This document shows positions 54,301-64,000 of a stretch of 64,000 nucleotides of DNA, in pieces; position 1 is the stretch's first letter; every line of letters starts with the position of its first letter. This DNA comes from Geosiphon pyriformis uo1 (Eukaryota > Fungi > Glomeromycota), in contig JAAOMT010000703.1 in the NCBI GenBank assembly GCA_016748015.1, positions 1,052,255-1,116,254 on the forward strand, in the 5' to 3' direction. The notes under the pieces are model-generated. The model made no database searches. It saw only the letters and a list, made by a program, of their open reading frames with translations, and was not told the origin of the DNA. The translations under genes and the position numbers were made by a program.

Positions 54301-57300
54301 AATGTTCTTAGATTTGTCTTATTTACAACAAACCATTGGCATTTCTGTTTTTTTTCCTTTTTTATAATATACAGTATATTTGAATGATAAAAATTTTATT
54401 TTCCATCTGGCATGACAGTTATCTCCAAATTTTTGTTTCTGAATTAATGTCAATTCTTTGTAATCAGTATATATGTTGAATTTTTTTATCTTAAGTATTT
54501 TTTTTATTTTATGACTGTTTAATAGATAGCTAAGTATTTTAGTGCTAGTGTTTTATAGTTCTTTTTAGCTAAACTTAAATTTTGGCTGGCATATACTATT
54601 GGGTGTTCTCTTCTATCTGGTTCTCTCTATGATAATACTGCTCCCAATGTTTGATCAGATATATTGGTAATAATAATGAATGGCTTGCTGTGATCTGGAT
54701 AAATTAATACTGGTGCTTAAATAAGCTTTTTTCTTAAAGTATTGAAAGCTTTTTGTTGCTTTTTAATCCATTTGTATTTTATATTCTTGGCTTGAAACTG
54801 GTAGAGTGGTTGAGCTATTTTTAAAAAGTTCTGTATAAAGTGGTAGTAGTATCCAGTAAATTCCAAAAATGTCTGTAGTTCCATCAAGTTTGTTGGTATT
54901 AGAAAGTTTTTTACTATCTTAATCTTATCTGAATCTGTCTTAATATTATTTTTGCTTATAATATGTCTTAAAAACTTTAATTCTGTTTTGCCAAAAAAAC
55001 ACTTGGTTGTATTTAGTTTTAATCTTGCTCTTTTCAACTTTTCAAACACTTGCTGAAGATGATGCAAATAATCATCAAATGTTCTTGAAAACACATTGGT
55101 GTTGTCCAAATATACAACTACTAATTTCTATAGTATTTTAGTATAAACAATTTTTATAAACTGTTGAAATATGGCTGGAGCATTAATTAAGCCAAATGGC
55201 ATAATTTCAAGTTCAAAATTTTTTTTTCTGATAGTGAACACAATTTTTTTTTTGTTGGCTGAATTTATGGCTACTTGTCAATAACCACTATCCAAGTTTA
55301 ATGTAGAGAACCATTTTTTTCTCCTAAAAACATCAAATAATTCTTGAATTTATGAAGTTGGATAACTGTCTCCACAAATAATACTGTTGAGTTTTTTATA
55401 ATCCACACAAAAGTGGATTTTTTTATTTTTCTTACAGACTAGTACCACTGGTGACAACCATAAACTCATTAATAATTAAATTAACCTATTGTTCAATATT
55501 CAATTGATTTTTTGTCAGATTATCTTATGGCTGGCTAATGATACTTGGTATGTTTATTGTTTAATTGGCATTATATCTCCAGTCTGAATTTGATATTGGA
55601 TAATGTTGGTTTTGCCAAATTTATTTTTACTTGCAAAAATATTATTGAACTTGTTAAGCAATATTTTGAGTTGTATCTATTGGAATAGGTCTAAATTTCC
55701 CAAGTGCATTTGTTCTAATTGGTTTGATTAGAGCAAATAACACTTTTTTTGTCCACAGATTGTTTGTAATGTAATATCTATATATTCACACAGTTGTAGA
55801 AAATCTGGAATGGTGCTTGATGATTGGTTTTTGACTTTAGTACATAAATATTCTATGATGGTTTCTTTTGGTATTTTGACAATATCTTTAGTTGTGTTAT
55901 GGATGAGAATTTTAATGTTTTTAGGGTTTTTGGCTGGTATATAAAAATTGGTGAATTTAATTTTTTCTGATTCACAAATTGTAGTTTCTACTTCAAAAAT
56001 TTGAGCTTAATCCTTTACTTTCTTTTCTATGACTAACATATACTAGTTATATAATGGAATAGAAATTGATTAGTGGATAGAGATAATTTCTCCCTTGTCA
56101 ATAACTTTTTCCTCTGTTATATTAACTGGTATGTTTATTCTACCAATAAATCCGAATTTACTAATCTCTTTTGCTATTATTTCTAATTCTTTTTTATTTT
56201 TCATTGATACTAGTTGAGCTATTTTAACCAGAAATAGAAATATTGTCTGTGCTATTTTTTTATTTGGTTTAATAATATATTCTTTTTTTGAGTTATTTTG
56301 TAGCATTACAATGATATTTCTTACATATCCTGCATCAATTATTCCTTCTTTGATGTTGATTCCTTTTTTTCACTAAACTACTCCTAGATGTTAATTGAAC
56401 CATTGTCATTGCTGAAATTTCTAGTGCTACTTTTAGATCAATGCATGTGCACAAATATGGTTCTAATTTGATGGCATCTTTTTCTAGATATCTCAAGTCA
56501 AATCTGTATTAGTATTATGAACACATTCTGGCATAATACCTTTATTATTATTGCTAAACTATTTTAGTTTCTGTTCTTTGAACAGATCAAGGAGTGTAAT
56601 ATATTGTTTTGGATTTGAATCTGAATTGTTGTTGTCAGTATTGCTATTTTAGACTAAACTAGAATCATTGTTTTTATTGTTATTGTTAAAGTTTAAATCA
56701 GGATTAAATAATTTTGATTCTAATGCACAGCTGCTGATTGGTTTTTTTTTCTCTGGGATTGTGTAAATCATGTAGACTGGTAGATTGTAAATAAGATCAC
56801 AGTCATTACAATATTAGAAGTCACATGGAATTAAACACTGATTATATAGTTGGGTGTTTAATTGTTCTAAATACTGTTTCTGCTTTTTTCTTGTAAGTGC
56901 TAAATTCTGATAGTGTTCATAAAACTCTTTGGAATCTGTTTCAATATCCAAAAATGCATTTGAATTGAAAATAAGAATGATTTCAACTGGTTCTGATAGG
57001 TTGTTTTTTATTTCCAAGATCTCACTAGGTAAAGTGACTACTATTTTGGTATTTGCTATTTGTCAAATTTTGTTTTTATTATGTCAATAGCCATCTAAGT
57101 GAGAGATTGCTTAATGTTACACTGTATTGATAGGTGTTCTATAATTTACCCAGTCACTGATAAGAATTGTGTATTGGCACAAAGCATCACACATTTTTTT
57201 TTAACCAGAAATGTCATTTTACATTTCTTTCTCAAGCAACTGCTTTTCACAAGTGAGACATGGTTCATTGTCCCACTTGTTTTAACATTTAAAGTATCTA

Positions 57301-60300
57301 TATTATTTGTGGTAGCATAGTTTGTAATAGTAATGAATTTGTGTTCAGTAATTTTCATTTGGCACAACCCAAGCTTTTATGGAAGACAGCTTTTTTTTGC
57401 AGTTTTTGCACTTGAGTAAGATATATAATGGCTCTGGTCTAATGTTAGTCAAATAAAATTTTTTCCAATTACTAGTAATGATATCTTCTTGTGGCTTATC
57501 TTCTTTTTTCTTTTTTCTCTTATTGTTCCACAAGAGTATTAGTGGCAGTTTATTGTGGTTGATATCAGCCCACAAGACTTGGTAGGCTTCCCAAGTAGAT
57601 TTCATTGTTTCTTCTTTAAATTTGATTAGTAATATTGGTGTAGTGGTCTTGAAATGACTGCAAGTTGCTGGTATTTGTGTGTGTTGCCCATTTTGGCTTA
57701 GCTAGAGCTCTTGTGTAGTTTAATTGAGTACTGTATTGGTTTTAAACAGTCAGTTATTACCAATAAGAACTTAATACTAGATGGCTTTTATCACTAATAC
57801 TTTGATGAATATGATAATGCTGTTGACTTCAAATGAAAAGTCATCAATCTTATCAATTGAAGTTTTCATTGCTCCATTAGCAGTAATAATCTTGGTGCTG
57901 GCAGCATGATCAACTCAACAACCTAATTAGTCTATGAGTTGTTATGTAATGATACTGCCTGCTGACCCACTGTCAAAGATCAGTTTGATAAGCTAATCAT
58001 CAACTTTGATATTTGTATATATTGCAGTAATAGATTTGACATCAAAAACAGCTCCACTAAAAAGAAGTATTTCAGTTGGTTCCTCAATTTTGAAAGAAAA
58101 AATAACTGCTAATAACTTGTTATTAGTTACTGTCACTAATGAGATGTTGTTAGTAAGTATTTGTTTTTGGTTGGGTTCCAAATGGTTAGATGTGGCATTT
58201 TCTGGAGTAACCAGGAGACTTAAATAGTTCTGGAAATTTGGGTTTTAAGTATATCTGATTCCCAAACTCCATGAACATAATTTTGATACTTGATAGAATA
58301 CATTGAAGATTGGTTGATGAACAACTATTACCAATCTCCAGTTTTGTTGAATGGTTCTCAGTTTTTAGTTTCTAGATAACATCTGAGTTGTGATTTGTAG
58401 TAAAGTTTAAATTTGTTGGGGTTAATAATTACTTGTGGCTGTGGTTAATAAATAACTGGTGCTGAAGGTTGGTAAATTGGAGATTAGTAAATTGATTGAT
58501 AAATTGTCTGATTGTTAGCTAAGTATCTTTCAAGTTTTTGATTAATAGAATCACTAATTTGTTTTAGCTTGGAGTCCAATTCAGATGATCTATTTACTAC
58601 TAGATTTATGGCTTGGATGTGGTTGGCTTCTAATTTAACTAATTCAAAGTCTCAGATGTGGATAACTGCATTTTGAAGTGTATTTGAATGCATTAGACAT
58701 ACTTTTTATAGTAAGCTACTATGTAATCTGCAGATAAACTGATTCAAAATCTGTAGCACTGTGAAGTAGTTAACATTAATTGCTTGGATCTGGTGCAGAT
58801 TTCTATAAAAACATTTTAAGTAAATAGTAACTGTTTTAGCATCTTCTTGTTTTATAATGGTAAATGTATTGGTCAGACAATTAATACTATTATTGTTACT
58901 AAAATATCTTAGAGACTCAAAGTTTAAAGGCATTGAAATCTTGGGGTTTATTTGCCAAGCTTTAATACCACAAGTCAGTAGTATCTTGTAGAAAGTAGAG
59001 TATGGTTTGTAGTGCTCTGGTGTTATTCTATCCATTGGCTGTGATGGCTTTTTCTATATCATTGAGCCATACTTGTATGTCATTTTTCTTGTTAGTGAAT
59101 TTCTTAAGTTTTGCAATTGGTGTGTATGTCATCAGTGCTAATAGTAATTGTTGTTAAAGTTGCTGCTAGGATAGTAGTGGATTGATAATGATTATTGAAG
59201 GTAAGTTTTGAAAAACAATAAAAGCAGTGTTTGGATTGTTCTGATTTTGCAGAGTTAAAACAATTGGGGTTTGTATTTCTGGATGTTTTGAGATCAGGTT
59301 TTGATTATTGATTTCCTGATCACTATTCTTCTTTTCTTTAGGGTCAGTTATTTCCCAAAGACTAGTGGCTCCAAAATCTGGTTGTGATAGTGGTGATTAA
59401 ACTTTTAATGGCATTAAAGATTGCAATTTAAATCTCTTAAAATAGTTGCCATAGGTTCTTAATAACTTTATTTTCTTTTGTTTACTTTGAAATGGAATTC
59501 TGTTTAGTAGTATTGTCATGTTTACTGTGGACATGTCTATTGATGTTATATTAATGATGCTTTTAGGTGTGTAATAATATGATGGATTAGCAAATGAATT
59601 AACTTTTTGTTTCTTCCAAGTGGGTAGTTATATTTGCTTTGAGATTCCTGCTGGTGTTTGCAATTTTTTTTTTTCTTTGTTAGCAAAGATAATAAGAAAT
59701 CTTTATTTAGTGTATTTTTTAATTTTTCTGTTTATTTTTGTAATTAGTGATGTAAATAAATGATTCTGTAGCAGTATGATATTTTGAAGTAATTCACTAA
59801 AAAAATTAAAAATGGATTCTGGGTCTTTTTGGCTTCCCAAATAATATACAATCTTTTTATTAACATAGCAATTAAAAGCTGATTTTGCTGGCCAATTATT
59901 ATTTGTCAATTTAAGATGCCTTTTGTAATACTGGAATAAAAATTTCACAAATCCCAAGTGGTTTGTCCTTATTTTTTTTGATTCTGCTACTGTTTTGAAT
60001 GGTTACTATTGGTACTTAATAACTAATATAAATGTTAGTATCTGAAGGTTTTGGTTAAGTTTTTTGTATAATGAACAGAAATTCAAGTGTTGTTTTTATC
60101 TATTGCCTTCTGGAATTACAATTCCATCAATTTTTTTCTTGGTATAGTGGCTAGCAATCTCTTGGTAAGCTATTCTCAAATCTGAGTGTCTACTCTTATT
60201 CCTGGGTCTTTTACTAATGCTCTATCTTAACATCAGTATTCTGTATGTAAAATTTTTTTAATCAAGTTAGTAAACAAACAGCAAAAAAAAAGAAAATAAA

Positions 60301-60704
60301 AAAAAATAAAGAAAAAAAATAAAGAAAATAAGCCAAAACAAAAGAAATTAATATCCTGTTAATAGCTATGATTAAAAACTATTGTTTTAGTGTGATTAAA
60401 TATTAGATACTATTAACATAAAGTGTTAATAGTAGAGAAAATAATTTAGATAGTAAATAATTATTTATTAATATAAATGATTCTAACTAAGATGTTTCTA
60501 ACTAAAAAATCTTGGCATTGATTCTGTTTTTTCTGCTTCTAACATTCTTGCTATATATACATAATTTGGGTTCTACAAGATCACTTACATTCTTAAGTAA
60601 TATGTTATAATTTCTCAAGCAATGCTTATATGTTAACTATTATTCTCCTATTGGTCTATCTATTTTTTTTTTATTTTTTTTATATGCTTTTTCTATAAGT
60701 AACA
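51371..60704 (-). mobile_element. Second dUTPase-bearing Gypsy element, more mutated, with non-matching LTRs and deleted PBS
   Basis: 5' LTR 60704-~60010; gag from ~59990; PR (DSGSAG) ~57970; dUTPase ~56520-56140; RT ~55500-54800; IN ~54070-53000; extra ORF; PPT; 3' LTR 52187-51371. Confidence 0.9.
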
Positions 60705-61704
60705 TTATAGAATATAGAAATTATATATTAATACATAATTAGCCAATTAGAATAAACATAGTAAAAGTGGAATTTCAGGATTTTCATATGAGGAATTTTA
60801 AGATTCTTGGCTAAAGAATTGAGGAATTTAAGGAATCTCATACAATAAAATTTATGTATATATAGCAGTAGTATTAAAAGCTAGAAAGTTAATTAATTAG
60901 ACTCTTAGAATTAATTAGACTTGCAGATTATAATTATTAAATATTTTTTTTTAAAAAAATAGAATTTCCAATTAAGAATTCTTAAATTAGAATCTTTAGT
61001 TTCAATTCTCTATTCATTCTTTCATATAATAGTATTCTATAACTTAAAGTAGAAAAACATTAATTATTAATAAAATACCTATTATTATCATAATCTATTT
61101 TCCTACTATCAACAATTAATATTGATAGTTATCAATACTTAATTATACTAGACCAATAGCTCTTGATTATGGCTATTGACAAGATACTAATTTTTTATTG
61201 CCATGGCTTATTTTTTTTTATGTTTTGATTTTATTTCTTTTTTATTTTGTTGTTTTATACTAATTGATTAAAGATTAAAGTGCTAAATTACTGACATCAA
61301 AAATTGTCTAATAAAAGACTCCTACAAAAGAGTAAATACTTGAAATTAAGAATTACTTATCAGAGGATTGCTGGCCATCAAACTGATCAAAAAATTGATA
61401 AAATTGTGATTCCAAAAGGCTATTGAAACAACTATTAAATCTCTGTCTATTATACAAAAAACTCAACCAAAATCTTCAGATATCACCAATTAGTAAATCA
61501 ATTGAGCATTAAGTTACGAATTTGTTATTTATTCCAGCTACTCAAATAATCACCTGTAATATTTGGTGCTTCCTATAAGATATAATCCAACAGAGAACCA
61601 GCACTAGCAACAATCATGCAAAAAAGTGGCAAACCAAGAAAAAACAAGAGAAAATTACTTAAGATTTACAAAATTCTTATTTTAGCATTATCTTTGAAAA
61701 ATGC

Positions 61705-62290
61705 ATTAAATTAAAACTTTAATTATTCAAAATCTAATCATTAAAACTCTAAATATTCAAAAATTATCATTAATAAACTCATTAAAATTAAAACTCTAAT
61801 TATTCAAGACCCAATTGTTAAAACCCCAAACATTTAAAAATCACTGTTGATAAACTTATTAAAACTTGTTAAATTAAAAAACTCTGATTATTCAAAATCT
61901 GATCATTAAAACCCTAAACATTCGAAACTTATCTTTGATAAATTTGTTAAAAACTCATTAAATTAAAACTCTGATTATTCAAAACCTGATTATTTAAAAA
62001 CCCAAACAGTCAAAACTTGATAATTCCAATTCCACTATTATATAAAGAAATTTATTATTAATAAAACCCATTAAACTTCTAGTAATTCAAACTCTGGGAA
62101 TTATTTAAAAACCTGAACATTCAAAGTTTGATAAATTTTAACTCTGCTATTGTACAAAAAAACTTATTGTTAATAAAACTTATTAAACCTCTAGCAATTT
62201 AAACTCCAGGAATAATTCAAAAACCCGAACATTTAAAGTCTAATAAATTCTAAACTCTATTATCATACAAGAAAATTTATCTTCAATAGC
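61705..62290 (+). repeat. Degenerate tandem array of ~80-120-bp units built from AAAACYCnnnnATTCAAAA sub-repeats
   Basis: Recurrent ttaaaactctgattattcaaaa / aaaaccc-aacattcaaa; resembles the gag linker at 13360-13510. Confidence 0.75.
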
Positions 62291-62914
62291 CCAATAAAAC
62301 CTAATTCTCATAGTACCAATAAATTAGCAAAACTCACCTGACAGTCCTGAGTTAGAATATTGGGATAGAGTCACAATCCACTTTTATGTATTATATATTT
62401 AAAAAAAAACCAATCAGTAAAAACAAATATGAATCAGAATTGGAACTTAATCCTAATTCAAACTCCACTAATAATGACAATGATTCAAACTCTACTAATG
62501 ACAGCAATGATTCAAACTTCACTAATAACAACAATAATTTAAACTTCACTAATAATAATAACAATTCAAATTTTGCTAACAACAATTCAAACTCCACTTC
62601 AAATACTGAACAATATATTATGCTTCTAGATCTTACAATGGAGCAGAAATTAACTTAATTTAATAATAATAATAAAGACATACAGATACAAGATTTGAAC
62701 TTGGATATTCTGAACAGACCACTATAGTTAAAAACCCCAGTTACATATAAAATTAAATTTAAAAATAGCAATAGAAATTATAGCAACAACATTGATACAA
62801 AAGAGAAATTTATAATTTCACAGAAGTTCAATTCTAAAAAGAGAGAAATAATATTACCTAAATAGAAAAACAAATCCAAGTTATGAAGAAATGTGATCAA
62901 AAATATGATAATAC

Positions 62915-63035
62915 AGAATAATACAAAAGAACACAGAATAACATATAATAACATAGAATAACATATTATAACATAGTATAACAAGTAATAATATAGAATA
63001 ATATGTTATAACATAATATAATTAGTAATAATATA
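62915..63035 (+). repeat. 10-bp tandem repeat (ATAACATAGA-like) in U3 of the type-D LTR
   Basis: acatataata acatagaata acatattata acatagtata acaagtaata atatagaata atatgttata. Confidence 0.85.
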
Positions 63036-63809
63036 GGAAAATGAAGCGATAACAGAAATAATGAGACAATAGTTAGCAAGAACAAAATAATTAAAAAGCA
63101 ATCCTGTAGAACAAAAAAATGTATAAAAACAAGTAGTTATAAAAGTTAAAAAAACAGAAAAAAATTAGACTTGTAAGTCATAATTATTAAATACTCCTCT
63201 CTTTAAGAATAGTTGCTATCAACCAAAATGGAGTTATATTAATAAAATATCTCTTTAATTCTTTAAATCCATGTTATTATTCACTACTTAATCTGCTGAC
63301 ACAATAGTTTTTGATTACAGTTATTAACAAGACACTTATTTTTTATTTTATTTTTGTTATTTCTTTATTTTTTTTCTTTTTTTTTCTTTTTTTTCTTTTA
63401 TTCTCTCTTATAGAGTGGCAACATAGAAAAATTGACTGTTTGGGAATAGACTTCATAATAGCCTGGTAAAAAAGGGAAGCTCTTCCTAAGTTTAGATATT
63501 AATATTATCTTGATAGCTTACTAAAAGAGTGAAAAAACACTGCCAGATCCTAATGACTGCACTCATTAGCTCAGAGAAGATAGTTCATATTCACATACAA
63601 AAAGTTGCAATACTATAAAACATCTTTCTGTGTCTTATAACCAAAGAACTCTACAGGTAAATTCATAACAATTAAACAGATCTTCAGAAACTGATAACAC
63701 TAACATAACAAACCAGCTTACTAAAAAAAAATCATTAAAAGCTTCTTAAAAATTCCAAATCTTAAACACTAAACATTATCACCATATTTTATTTAGTTTA
63801 TCTATAACA

Positions 63810-64000
63810 ATAGTTATAAGCCTAATGGCCAAAATGAATAATACTAACTTGGATGTGAAAGATTTATCTTCTCAATGACAGATCTTATTTGGAAATTTGC
63901 TACATATAATGTTTGAGGTATTAATGTTTCTACAAAACAAAAAAATATTATTTATTGACATAAAAATTCAGATAATATGGTTTCTTTTATTATTAAGACA
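63810..64000 (+). mobile_element. LINE copy L7: ORF1 end and ORF2 start; runs off the right edge
   Basis: ...LMAKMNN...SSQ* overlaps MTDLIWKFATYNV at 63875. Confidence 0.85.

Larger units (their letters stand above)
60705..63809 (+). mobile_element. Internally deleted non-autonomous Gypsy derivative
   Basis: Type-A 5' LTR 60705-61561 (first bases missing); PBS 61564; gag start; repeat array; Asn/Asp-rich linker and partial dUTPase (KIAIEIIATTLIQ ~62760-62800); PPT; type-D 3' LTR 62852-63809. Confidence 0.82.

Noticed and set aside
61705-63035. Regular repeats as a possible CRISPR array
   Set aside because: No unique spacers or cas genes; eukaryotic TE-internal tandem repeats.

Overview
Eukaryotic, intron-containing, very AT-rich genomic DNA that is about 95% decayed retrotransposon. 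The style fits an early-diverging fungus, most plausibly Glomeromycotina such as Geosiphon; this is an inference from protein style and intron/TE content, not a database result. The only intact host genes are a head-to-head pair: mitochondrial ribosomal protein uL2m (44789-45856, minus) and a 10-exon tRNA-dihydrouridine synthase DUS2 (45959-47728, plus). Around them are at least 7 copies or fragments of an RNase H-bearing LINE family. Nested into these are Ty3/Gypsy elements and solo LTRs of four LTR types (A-D), five with recoverable 4-bp TSDs. The one complete Gypsy (11741-21867) encodes gag-PR-Cys-rich modules-dUTPase-RT-RH-IN plus an extra in-frame C-terminal domain. All repeats show pervasive C>T/G>A hypermutation in CpG and non-CpG contexts, while the host genes do not. 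The strongest candidate for something undescribed is a ~65-nt structured RNA motif found 10 times in the downstream half of LTRs from three LTR types (GGAUAGC-P1-AAG-P2-AGA-[P3]-UAGC-P1'). It shows compensatory base changes between otherwise dissimilar LTRs. It lies in a long structured leader upstream of a gag frame that has no AUG for ~130 codons but has a conserved GUG.
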